Assembly (NCBI RefSeq): GCF_009914755.1
Contig: NC_060933.1
Origin: the human T2T-CHM13v2.0 reference genome, Homo sapiens
DNA length: 64,000 bases
Reading direction: 5' to 3' (one strand)
Shown here: piece after piece, positions 39,290 through 52,684 of the stretch
Numbering within the stretch: position 1 is the stretch's first letter
How the letters are laid out: each line of letters begins with the position of its first letter
Translations under genes and position numbers: made by a program
Notes under the pieces: generated by a model
The model's database searches: none
Told to the model about the DNA's origin: nothing
What the model saw: the letters and a program-made list of their open reading frames with translations, nothing else

Positions 39290-42030
39290 ATCTTCTATTC
39301 CTCTGCCCTCACACCCATGCCTTCCTCTATCTTCTTGAATATATGAAACATATTTATAATAACTTATGGATCTGTTCCCCTAGCTTGATTTTTCTCATAT
39401 GAGTTATGCTTATATTTTTCTCTTGAGTTATATTCATATTTTCCTCTTGAGTTATATTCATATTTTCCTGCTTCTTTGCATTCCTGATAATATTTAATTG
39501 GATGCTGAACACTGTTAGGTGCTTGATTTTGTTGTATTCCTTTAAATATTTTTGGGGTTTTGTTCTGGGATGCAGTCAAGTTACTTGGAATTAATTTGTC
39601 CTTCTGATTCTTGCCTTTAAGCTTTGTTAGTGTGTGTCTAAAACATACGTTAGTCCTAAAATAATTTGGCCTCAGTATTTTTTAAATGATTCTACCCCAA
39701 ACCCATGTATTAAGAGGTCTTTCTACCCTGGCTGGTGGGACGAAGAACTATTCCCAACTCTTTGTGAATTTTAGAAATGGTTCCCCTTCATTCTATCAGT
39801 TCTTTCCCTGGCATTGAGTAGCTTACTCACACTCATATTAGGTCATTACTTGGTTATAAAGAGTCAAGGAGACTCCTTTGCAGTGGTCAGGTCTCTTTCT
39901 GTGTAGGTCTTTCTCCTCTGGCATATTTTCCCCAGCAAATTCTAGCCACTTAGTGTACCTCGACTTGGAACTCAGAGTGGCTGCTGGATGCTTTTGGATG
40001 TTCTCTTTATGCTTTGCAGCCTGGAGACTCTCCATCGATGGTAAGCTTGGCAACCACAGGGCTCACCTCATTTGTTTTCCTACTCTCAGGGACCACTCTT
40101 CTAGCTGTCCCTTGTCCAATGTCTAAAAACAGTTTTTTCATGCACTTTATTTGGTTTCTGGTTATTCAGGGTGAGACATTTTCTAGTTTAATGAGATGAA
40201 TTCTACAGCTGTGAAGTACTCCTTTGTGTAGTGTAACATACTTTATTCAACTACCTCCATATATACAAACATACAGTGTTTCCAAGACTTTGTCAGTACA
40301 AACAATCTTTAATTAATGACTTGTACATATGTAGTTTGTATTGCTAGAGGAAATTTTAGTGTATATTTCTAGCCAGTGGGAACGCTGGGTTAAAGGTAGT
40401 TTTGTTAAATACTCCATAAGTGTTGTAACAACTTGTATTCCTGCCACCGATATGGACATACGCCTTTTTCACCACAGCCACACCAGTTGAGTGTGTGTTG
40501 TTATATTTTAAAAATTTTGTCACTCTGATGGATGAGAAATGGGTCCTCAATGCAGTTTTATTTTGCATTTCTCTCATGATAAGCAAAGTTGAACATTTTT
40601 CCATATGTTTAAGTTCCTTCTACATGTATGTGTGTGCATGTGTGTGTGTGAGTGAATTATTGCAAATATTTTCTCTCAGTTTTTTCTAAACTCTGTTGTT
40701 TTTCTTTTTTTGCTATGCAGAAGTATTTATTTTTATTCCTTTATAGTCAAATGAATTATACCATCTCAATTTCTAGTCCTACTTAGAAAACCTTTTCTCC
40801 TCACTGAAGTTAAAGACGAATTCACCCATATTTTCTTCTACCACTTGTATGGTTTTTATAGTCTATATTCAGATTTCTGGATCATTGGAGTTTATCTTTA
40901 TCCCTGGTATAAGGTATGGATCTAATTTTAACTTTTTTGAATTGGCTACTTAGCACCATTTATTAAAATGTCTGACTTTGTCCCAGTGATTTTTGCAACA
41001 TTTATCATATATTAAATTTCCATATGTACTTGGGTATCTTTGAATTTTTTATTTAATTTCATTGGCCTGTCTGCTTGTTTGTGTGCCAGTACCAAACTGT
41101 TTTTATTAGAGAGGTTCTATAATGTGTTTCAACATCCATTTCCTGGATATTCTTACATGTTTATTTTTCCAAATGAATTTCAGTATTAACTTGTCTAGCT
41201 TCATTTAAAAGCTTGCTGCTGTTTGTATTGAGAGTGCACTAAATTTATCCATTAACTTAGAGAAAGCTGATGTATTTATGATGTTGAATCATTCCAAGAA
41301 CAAAGAATATTTTTCCAATTGTTCAAATCTCCTTTTGTGTTTTAAACACAAGTGTTTTGAAGTGTTCCTCATATAAATTTTACACATTTCCTATTAACTA
41401 TATTTCTAAGTATTTTACTTTTGTTGCTATTGTGAACAGGGTTTTAAAATACATATATACATACACATACACAAACACACATCTTTATTCTTTAGAACAC
41501 ATATTCTAATACATATATGTAGATTTATATATACAGAGATGGAGAATATATATACTTTAAAAAGTATTCATCAGTTCTTATTTTCTTGAGTGTTTTCATC
41601 AGACAAATATTTGTTTTTATCTAAGACTTTTTTCATTATCTATGAATATAATCAAGGCTTATTATTACAAGTGTTATTTGAATAAATTTCTTAATATTGA
41701 ATCAATCTTGCATCCTTGGAAAAAAATCTACTTGATTGTAGCATATTGTTTTCTTAATGTGTTTGATTCTGTTTATTAATATTTTATTTAGAAACTTTGC
41801 ATCAATATTGATAAATAATATTAGTATCTTTAATTTCATACTTTCTTTACTAGATTTAGGTATCAGGTTTAGGCAATGGAAAACATATAGAGGCTGGTCT
41901 ATGAAAATCTGGTAGAACTTTCTGGCAATTGTTTATTGGTTCTGTCTTTATCACTTTTTCTATTTCTTCATGGAAATTAATCTGTTTAAGCTTTGTATGT
42001 CTCATAGGTAATTTTTGTAACCTGTATTTC
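39290..42030 (-). mobile_element. Ancient L1M fragments
   Basis: Degenerate antisense L1 motifs (gttgaacatttttccatatgttta, caccatttattaaaa, gtgccagtacca, gaatcaatcttgcatccttgga). Confidence 0.65.
39401..39470. repeat. 24-bp minisatellite, 3 copies
   Basis: gagttatattcatattttcctctt units at 39401, 39425 and 39449. Confidence 0.9.
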
Positions 42031-42152
42031 TGCGTAGGTAGAATCGTGTCCCTCCCACCCTGTCCCCAGGTCCATAAAAAAAGATACGTTCAAGTCCTAA
42101 ACTTCAGCGCCTGTGAATGTGACTTTACTTGTAAAGGCTTTTTGCAAATGTA
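42031..42152 (+). mobile_element. MLT1 (B/C-like) LTR 5' fragment, cut at Hsmar1
   Basis: gaatcgtgtccc..aaaagatacgttcaagtcctaa..cctgtgaatgtgact..tttgcaaatgta. Confidence 0.75.
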
Positions 42153-43391
42153 TTAGGTGGTACAAAAGTAATTGCGATTTTTGCATTGTTGAAATTTGCT
42201 GTTTGATACTGGAATACATTCTTAAATTTGATTATGTTAGACATCATTTTAACGCACATTTCTCACTTTATGTTTTTTGCTAATGACTTACTACTTGCTG
42301 TTTATTTTATATGTATTTTAGACTATGGAAATGATGTCAGACAAAAAACAAATTTGATCGATTTTCTTAATTGAGTTCAAAATGTTTAAGCAGCCGAAAC
42401 AACTCGCAACGTCAACAATGCATTTGGCCCAGGAACTGCTAACAAACCTACAGTGCAGTGGTGGTTCAAGACGTTTTGCAAAAAAGACAAGAGGCTTGAA
42501 GATGAGGAGCATAGTGGCTAACCATCAAAAGTTGACAAAAACCAATTGAGAGCAATTATCGAAGCTTATCCTCTTACCAATACACAAGAGGTTGCTGAAG
42601 AACTCAACGTCGACCATTCTGTGGTTGCTCAGCATTTGCAGCAAATTGGAAAGGTGAAAAAGCTCAGTAAGTGGGTACCTCATGAGCTGAGCGAAAAATT
42701 TTTAAAAACCCTCATTTTTGAAGTGTACTCTTCTCATTCTACATCACAACAATGAACCATTTTTCAATCAAATCGTGACATGCAATGAAAAATGGATTTT
42801 ATATCACAATTGGTGACGACCAGTTCAGTGGATGGGCTGAAAAGAAGTTCCAAAGCACTTCCCAAAGCCAAACTTGCACCGAAAAAAAGGTCATGGGCCC
42901 TGTTGGTGGTCTGCTGCGGGTCTGATTCACTACAGCTTTCTGAATGCTGGCAAAACCATTACATCTGAGAAGTATGCTCAGCAAATCGATGAGATGCACC
43001 AAACACGGGCAGCCAGCATTGGTCAACAGAAAGGGCTCAATTCTCCACAACAATGCCCAACCATTTATCGCATAACCAACACTTCGAAGTTTTGCCTCAT
43101 CCACTATTCACTTTACCTCTCACCAACCGACTACCCTTTTTCAAGCACCTTGACAACTTTTTGCAGGGAAAACACTTCCACAACCAGCAGGATGCAGAAA
43201 TTCCTTTCCAAGAGTTCATCGAATCCTGAAACATGAATTTTTATGTTATAGGTATAAACAAATTTATTTCTCGTTGGCAAAAATGTGTTGATTGTAATGG
43301 TTCCTGTTTTGATTAATAAATATGTGTTTGTGCCTAGTTATAATGATTTAAAATTCATAATCCAAAACTGTGATTATTTTTGCACCAACCT
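42153..43391 (+). mobile_element. Near full-length Hsmar1 mariner transposon
   Basis: Left TIR ttaggtggtacaaaagtaattgcgatttt after TA; right TIR aaaactgtgattatttttgcaccaacct; internal transposase remnant. Confidence 0.97.
42325..43316 (+). pseudogene. Defective Hsmar1 transposase
   Basis: MEMMSDKKQI then TGA at codon 11; fragments RAIIEAYPLT..WVPHELSE and WWSAAGLIHYSFLN..SEKYAQQIDEMH; frameshifts and small deletions. Confidence 0.93.
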
Positions 43392-43844
43392 TTTGTATTT
43401 CCCTTTTGCCCATTCTGCAAAAATCATTTAATGTAAGGCTTTTAAATTCCCAGTTGAACCTTTATTTGTTGCTAATAATTTTTAGTTCTTGGCTTTGTGA
43501 TAAGAGAATATGTAATATTTCTAGTTCATGTTACTGACTTTTTGTATGTGTAACATGATCTCAAAGTCAATTTTTGTGACTTCCATTTACACTTCAGTAG
43601 GTGCACTCTCCATTAACAGAGTTTAAAGTTTTGTATAGCCTTAAAATCTACCCCATTTATTATGTTGTTTAGGTCTTTTATCTTATTTATTTTTTGTCAA
43701 CTTAATCTGTCTTATGTGGAGAATACTGAGCTAAAGTTATAATGAGTGTATTTCCACTTATGTCTTCTTGCATTGTTGTAGTTTTTGCTTCAGTGAGGGA
43801 ATTCTGTTATTTAGTGCATAGATATTCATAAATATAACTTTATT

Positions 43845-43907
43845 GTGAATTATGGTTCATTCTAGCATTAAGAAGTGAATTATGGTTCATTCTAACATAA
43901 AGAAGTG
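43845..43907. repeat. 30-bp tandem duplication
   Basis: gtgaattatggttcattcta(g/a)cat(t/a)aagaa repeated twice. Confidence 0.9.
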
Positions 43908-44319
43908 TCATTTTTATACCTTTAATGCTTATAAAATTGAATTTTTCTTTGTCTAATGTCAGAATTGCTACACCTGCCTCCCTGACAGATTCCATTTGCC
44001 TGGTATGCCTTTGTCTATCTCTTTATTTTTATCCTTTGAGTCACTTATTTTAGAGACGTCTCTTGTGTGTCCGTATAGTTGGTTCTTGTTTTGTGAGTCA
44101 AATTGGAAGTCTTTTCCTATTAATATATGGGTCAAGTCCATTCACGTTTATTAGTAAGTGTGATTGTCTAGTCTCACAACTACATATTATTTGTCATAAT
44201 TATGCATTTTATGTTATAATTGCTGAGTTTTTCCTTTACTATATTTTTTTTGCTGTTTTACCTTTACAATTTCTTTGGCTATTTAGAAAGTTCTAGTGAT
44301 CATCTTTATCTTAATGCCT

Positions 44320-44558
44320 TTTTAATGAAATTGATAGATAAAATTGTATGTGTTTATTATGTACAACGTGATGTTTTGAAATATATAAACATTGCAGAAT
44401 GGTTAAATCTAGATAATTAACATATGCACTAACTCACAAAGTTATCCTTTTTGTGGTGAGAACATTTAAAATATACTCTGTTAGCATTTTTCAAGAATAC
44501 AATATATTGTTATTAACTATAGTCACAATACATCATGATCTCACTTATGTGTGGAATC
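44320..44558 (-). mobile_element. L1MA 3' end with short inverted 5' segment
   Basis: Antisense L1MA 3' UTR up to ..taactatagtcac, then sense catgatctcacttatgtgtggaatc; catctttat on both flanks. Confidence 0.7.
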
Positions 44559-46176
44559 CATCTTTATAGATTTTTAAATATCATTAGTTCTCTGTTTCCA
44601 TATTTAACCTTTTACTTACCACTTTGTTAGTTTTTACTGGTATCCATTAGCTTTCACTTGTTCCCTATATTAAAAAAATTAATGTGCTTATTTTATTTTC
44701 CTCTTTCAATTTTTCTTCTCTCATTCTTAGTCACATCATTTACATTTGTCAAAGATAAGACACATAATATGATATATAATATATGCTATGTAACATGTTA
44801 TTCTATCGCTGTTATCCTCACTTTTGTCTGATCTCACTTGTATCTACAAATTGAACATACTAAATGCTCACCATTAGTCTTTTTTCCAGAAGTTTCACTC
44901 ATCATATCTTGGTTCAAAGAAGCCCATTCTCTAATGTATTTCTCAAAATGGGCTGCCAAGGATAGAATTTCCTGATTTCTTCCATATTTGAAACATTGAC
45001 ATTTTAAAGACAACTTGGCTTTATAAAATGTTTGGTTCACATATTCTTTCCTTGAATCTTTTGAAAATGCTGCCCAATTGATGCTTTGCTTTGTATGTGT
45101 GTTTTTTCCTTATTATCTGGGAAATTTGATCCTAGTCTAATCTTGTCCTCGTAATTTATTTGTTTTTTAAAAAACTAGTGGCCCTGATAAATCTTTTTCT
45201 TCATTTTAAGGTTTGATAGTTTTACTAGAGTTTGTCACAGAGTTGATCATTGTGGGTCAGTTTCCTCCAGTACCTGGTGGGTCCTTTCCATATGTAAACA
45301 CAGATCTTCTTTATTTCTAGAAAGTTTACTATAATTTTTAAAAATATTAGTTCTATTCTATTGTTTTTCTTTTGAAACTCCAATTATACATAAATTGGTC
45401 CTTTGCCTGAATACCATTTCAACCAATTTTATTTGACCTTTTAAAAAAGGCTTTTTCTTATTTTTTCATGTATTAGTTGTTTTTCCACTTCTACTTATTG
45501 CCCTTTATTAAGTGATCATTCACACCTTTTCTTCCTTGGGTGCTCTAGGTGCCTTAGTCTTCATTTCTTATGTAATTTTTGCCCCTGAATTCAGTCAGCT
45601 CTCATTTCATTTCTTCCAATTCTTGACTTTTCAATTTCAGATGCAAGGTCTTTTGCTGTTGTTATTGTTTCATATATCAAAATGCTTGTTTGAGGATACT
45701 TAATTCAGTTTTAAAAACTGTAATAGTTTTGTTTTGCTTTGCTAGTCTCCTGCTTGGAGAAAAAGTTCCTCAGATAAACTGTTTTTATTTTAATTTGTTT
45801 TCCTTTAACAGTAATTTGTACAAAGACTATGTCCCTGCTTGGTGTAGTATATAAGAATCCTAATTCAAAATTGCCTCCTTCTATCAATATAGCAAAGTAG
45901 ACCTCGTTTCTAGATAGCTTTGCTTTCTGTAGGGGTTTGGGAGAATAATTGTGTGTTCTTTGATATTTTTACTTCCTTTTGTGTTCCAAGATCTTAAATT
46001 TCTATCTCTTGCTTCTTTTTCTCATTCACTGTGAATTTTCCAAAAGGTACCTCTTCTATCCTTTCAACCATTATTGCCTCCAAATATTTACTTTTTTAAA
46101 AAATAATTGCCTCCTCATATCTTAGGTATACTTTTAAGTCTTTTCCATGAGATCAGTACTCTTTTTCAGTATTTTT

Positions 46177-46510
46177 CTTTTTCTTCTTGAGACAGAGTCT
46201 CACTCTGTTGCCCAGGCTGGAGTGCAGTGGTGACATATTGGCTCACTGCAACCTTGGCCTCTTGTGTTCAAGCAATTCTCCTGCCTCAGCCTTCTAAGTA
46301 GCTGAGATTACATGCACACACCACCACATCTAGCTAACTTTTGTGGTTTTGTTGTTGTTGTTGTTGTTGTTGTTGTTTGTTTTTTGTTTTTAGTAGAAAC
46401 AGGGTTTCACCATGTTGGCCAGGCTGGTCTCAAACTCCTGATCTCAGGTGATCCGCTGCCTCCACCTCCCAAAGTGCTGGTATTACAAGTGTGAGCCACT
46501 GCACCTGGCC
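46177..46510 (-). mobile_element. AluS with (GTT)n in the linker
   Basis: Full dimer; TSD ttcagtattttt. Confidence 0.92.
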
Positions 46511-47179
46511 TTTCTTCAGTATTTTTATACCTATGGTTGATTTTCTTCCTCTGGAAGTGTTTTTTTTTTTTGGTTAATCCTAGGCACACTGCTAGTTCCC
46601 CTCTTTTCTCTTTTATTCAGTTTTTACTTGACTGTTTTATTTTCCATGAATGCATTTGTCATGAGTAATTCAGTAGTATTTTGTTTTTATTTCTCTTACT
46701 TCACAGGTTATATGAAGTTTGGGCATTCTCTACTAATAAAACTCACGAAAGCAGGTATTTTGCATGGTTATATTGGTTCTTTTTGTTGTTCTGACTTCTT
46801 TCTTTAAAAGTTATGCTGGGAGGTTTGAATATTCACCACTGCCATTGTTTTGGCTTCCCCTAAATTCCCCTGATTTATTCTCAGGAGGCAAATTGTAATA
46901 TATTATCAACTTGATTAAAAGTACTTTTGAAAACAATGTGTATTTTTAAAACAATCCCACACAGCAGCACAAGATGCTTCTCAGTAAATCTGGATTATAG
47001 CACACGGACATGGATTAGATTTTGATACCGTCATGAAATATGAATGAATGAGGAAAAAATATAGAGCTACTCTGGTACAAGTTAACTTTTGTCTTCTCTT
47101 TAAAGGAAATAAATATGGGACTGAAAATTCTAGAAAAACATCTCTCTTAGAAGATGACTGGAGCCCTAGATGGGCAATG

Positions 47180-47630
47180 AGCATGGAATTAAAGAGAACA
47201 CCAAGATAAATGTGTTTAAGTCTTCAGGCTGTGCTTGAAGAGAACTTGCTATTGAGCTACCAGAACCACTGCTATTGATCCTCAGAGATATGAAGGGGCA
47301 TGAGACAGCTGCGAGGAGATTGCATGTGGGTAAATAGTGTTCACATTTCCACAAAGTGAAAGATGAGTTATGTAAGACAATTATAACAATGAGCCTAAGC
47401 TGGGTCACAGAATGGTTATTAAAAAGGTAGTTTGGAATTACTAAGGTGAAGCACTAGTTGAAGAGAAGTCCATTGTGAAGAAGCACTATCATGTTAGCTG
47501 GACTACTTTCTTTGATAGGATGGATAGGTTTGGGGGATTACTGTAAATATGATGTATCTGGAATTGAGAAGACATTTGACAAATCTTTTATTACATCCCT
47601 GTGGACAAATGGAAAATATAGGCTGTATTA
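47180..47630 (+). mobile_element. L3/CR1 LINE reverse-transcriptase remnant
   Basis: ttctttgatagg..atgatgtatctggaattgagaagacatttgacaaa resembles the CR1 D-x-x-Y-L-D-F-x-K-A-F-D coding segment. Confidence 0.6.
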
Positions 47631-49165
47631 TAGTATCATCTGATTCCTATTATTTCCTATAATGATTAGACATATCTGTGTCAGATACTCACCCCACCAT
47701 ATAAAAGAAGTCCATTAACACATTCTTTTCCACTCCCATGTCCTAAACAGTTGTTCCTCATTCATTACCCTGATTTATTTTCCCATTCATTATTTATTTA
47801 TTAAGGTATTTCACTTTATCTTGAGCCTTGGAACTATTACTTATTATAATTTTCTGGCTAGCATCTACACTTCACTAGCATTCTAAACTTGGCTAAGTCT
47901 CTCTTTGGTCACTTCTATGACAAGGAATTACTGTAAATTGAAGATGATAAAACTGTAATGCAAAATGTAGGAATAAAAGAATGGTAGACTCAGTGTTCAG
48001 ATTCTGAACACCATATGTAAGAGTTAAACTAAGTAAATTTCACAATATTTCTTCTTATATATTCCACTTTTCTTCTTAAATATTTTATAATATTTAATTA
48101 TGATAATTACTGACTTCCCTAAGTTCCGAAAAATTTTATTGTTATTCTGAAGGAACACTCCAAGATGATCAGCAGATGGCACTGCTAACTTGAAAAACCA
48201 ATTCTTAGATATATTAAAAATTGATGACATTTTTAAAGCTGTTAACAGTTACTATGATGTATTACAGAATAGTGAGAAAACAACGTTAAACAGGTGGAAG
48301 AAATTTAAAATGATCCACAATTGTATATAAAATAACGATTAACATTTTAGTACATGGCCAAGTTTTATATTCACATAAATGGAATCTATCCTACAAGAGC
48401 CTACTAACTGAATTTTGAAAATAAAAAATGTATTATATCAAATTGCCATGTCATTAAATCTTTCTCTGCAACATTATTTTTTATGGTATATAAATACACC
48501 GTACTTTAGTTAACCAATGACTTGTAGTAGGAAATTTAGTTTATTTCCAATTTCTTATTCTCATAAATAACACTGTTATGAACATCCTTGTGTCTAATTC
48601 CTGAATTATAGGTCACATATTTAATTGTCTCCACAGGATAAATTCCCAAAAGTAGAACTGCTGTATTAGAATATATTTTTAAAATATTATATTCAAATTG
48701 GACCCAAGAAAGGGTATAATAATTCGCACTCATTTTTAAAATTTATACACATTGAATGTTACATTAAAAATCATTTGTCTCAAAATAGGTACAAAATATA
48801 ACTTTATTTAAAATTATGCCTTTGATTAAATGTTTTCAAATATTTTGTAAGTTTATGATCCACTTGATATTTGTGAATTTCATTTTCATGTCTTTTAACC
48901 CTTTTAAAAATAGAATAATTCATAATTTCTCTACTTATTTTGTGAATACTCTATATATTAAAGTCATCATTGCAATTAAGGCTATTCTAAATAAGCTAAT
49001 GTTGCTAACCCAAGTGTTATTTAGGAGAGTGTTATTTTACTTTAGAAAAAAATATGTCTTTTTTTAAGTTTATTGAATTTTTCTTTGAGTGTTTTTTTAT
49101 GATAAATTTTAATAACTGTTTCTCAGGGACCATGAAAAGGATTAGTCTATATTTGTATGATATAG

Positions 49166-49543
<378 letters not shown>

Positions 49544-51665
49544 AATGTTACATATTTTTTTAACCACTTGATTTCTCATGGAGAAGAGATATCAAAATCT
49601 CTGACAATTGTATTTCTTTTCATTAACATTTGCTTTTTCTTTACATATTTTACCATTATATTATTCAATGAATTAAAGCTTATAACTCATATTTTAGTGT
49701 GATTTTTTCATTTTGATTTTAAAAAGCCCTTTGCCTCATTTTAAGTTTTACTTTTCTTAACTCAAATTATACTTAGTATACTTTCTAATTAGTTTGTCAA
49801 TGTACTCATTGACAACTGAGTACAACTGATATATTTATTAGTATATCAATTGATATATGCTTCTAAAGTGATTGAAACATTTGATCTTTTCAGTAGCATT
49901 AAAAGTTTTCCTAAAAATATTTCTTACCGTTTTTCAATGGCTTCCTTCAAACTGTAGCCTAACCACAGTCTGTGACAGCATTACATATGATGAATTAATG
50001 AGATCTGAATTCCATAGTATAAATGTTGTAAAGTAGAATGCGGAATATCTTTATGTGCTCAGTATTTAGGAAGCTGCCTAACTGGACTAGAATAGTTCCA
50101 ATTTAAATTGGTGGATTTTCAAAAATTTTGGCCATTCGATTAATGACAAAGTTTTTGGAATAATTTAAACTCTTTAAGCAAGGGATAGGTGTACTTACTC
50201 ATCAAAACATCTACACGAGGTACGTATTATTATTATTATAACATTTTAGAAAGGAGGAAAGAGATTAAATTACTTTCCCAAGGTAATATAGCCAGGCTTC
50301 AAACCCACACAGTAAAAACATCTTACAGCTTGTGGTTTTATTTCCACAACTATGTTAGAGAGAGAGAGAGGCCTGCAAATAAAAACTTCAAGTGCTGATT
50401 TTACCTAGAACTCTGTAAAATGACTTAACATAGCATTGATTGTCACCTGTGGCTGGGTGCCCAGTGGGAGTACCTAGACATCTGCAGTGGAAGTTGTTTT
50501 GACAGCTTCAGGAGTATTAGAAGACAGTCCTTTTGGCAGGCCTGGTGACATTATTACAGAGAACAATAGAAGAAGTGACAGTGATGAGAGGCTCTTACAG
50601 CTGAGGTTTGACAGGATGTCTCATTGAAGAGGCTGTTGCAAGAAAGTAAGATAACAGCAGCTGTGGGGGTAGGAGAAGAGATTCAGTTGTGAATTCAAGT
50701 GCAACCCCCCACCCACTCACTTACCCTGGAGACTTGCAATGTATATGATAGACTGTGCAGAATGCCTGACGCTACATGGAGTGATGGAGTTGAAAGCAGA
50801 AAATTTTGCATATTCCTTGACAAATAGTCCTACTTTTGCCTCTGGTATGGTCTAGAGAATAGACAGTATTCCTCTACCAAGACAGAGAAGCTGTGTCGAG
50901 GGGGCAAAGTTGATGTAATTTGGCAAGAATTACCTTCATGACATCAAGGGATTGATTTGCACAGCCATAATTCATTCCTGGGCTGCAATGCTCTATGATA
51001 GCTGAAATCCAGTTATCTTTATTTTGAGTCAGTTGGTCCTTTGACTGAAGCCAAACTTCAAATGATGAAAACTTAACGGGGCTCAGAGAAAAGCTAATGT
51101 AGGATTTAGAAAGATCCACTCACGGGTTACACATCATCGTTTTTCATGGATGATTACTAAATTAGTCAGAGCAAATATCTATAATTTTACCTGCAGAGTC
51201 ACAGCCCTAGCTCTGCCAAGTACCCTGAGCTTTGTGTGATCTGAGGGACAGCATACATAGCCTTGGTGCAGTCACCGGGGTGACCACAGAATTCCCTTAT
51301 TCCAGGTGACACTGACCTCCAAATTAAAACAAGCCTCTGTCTTAATGGCTAAAATTGGTGAGAAATGGAACCAAAGTTTTTCCGATTTTGATAATGAAAC
51401 ACTGTAGGAGTAACCAGGCAAAAACAAAATTAAAAAGGTGACTTTCAATAGTACAAAAATTAGATTTGCTTCAAACTCATGCAATATTGAATGTCCGTCA
51501 ATAGTACGAAAAGACTATATTCGATCTATTGCCTTTTACAAGTGGAGTCTTTAGGAGACAATTTTTCGTACACAAAGCCTTAGAAAACAGCTACTACGTA
51601 CCCTTTCTGAAAAAGAAAGAAAAATATTTTACTCAACAGAAAAATGAATCAAAATTTACAAGTCA

Positions 51666-52026
<361 letters not shown>

Positions 52027-52389
52027 CTAAAGTGTTGTAAGCATAACTGCAAAACTGGGCACAGATGTAAAAACTGTCTGTAAATGTTTATTTATAAATT
52101 TTATATATATGTATGTGTATAGTTGAAAGTAATGCATAATCAGTGAATAATTTGGGGAATCAGAAAATTCAATTATAAAATAAGAATATAAAAATATATT
52201 TTATATAAAATGTAGAAACTTTTTATATAAATATAAAATTAAAATACTAAAATATTTAAAATTTATCTGCTCTTCTACCTCTGAGAGAAAATTCTAAAGA
52301 TTTCAGTGTATTCTCTCTCTACATATATGCATGTGTACAAACCATACTATATAGGCACATTTTATTCTTATACTTTAAAAACAATAATG

Positions 52390-52684
<295 letters not shown>

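Noticed and set aside
42546-43236. SETMAR-like protein fragments
   Set aside because: Both TIRs are present, there is no SET-domain exon, and the frame has stops and shifts. This is a dead Hsmar1 copy, not SETMAR.
47993-48011. gtgttcaga-t-tctgaacac palindrome (similar 8-bp stems at 33973 and 58384)
   Set aside because: Isolated 8-9 bp stems are expected by chance in 64 kb.
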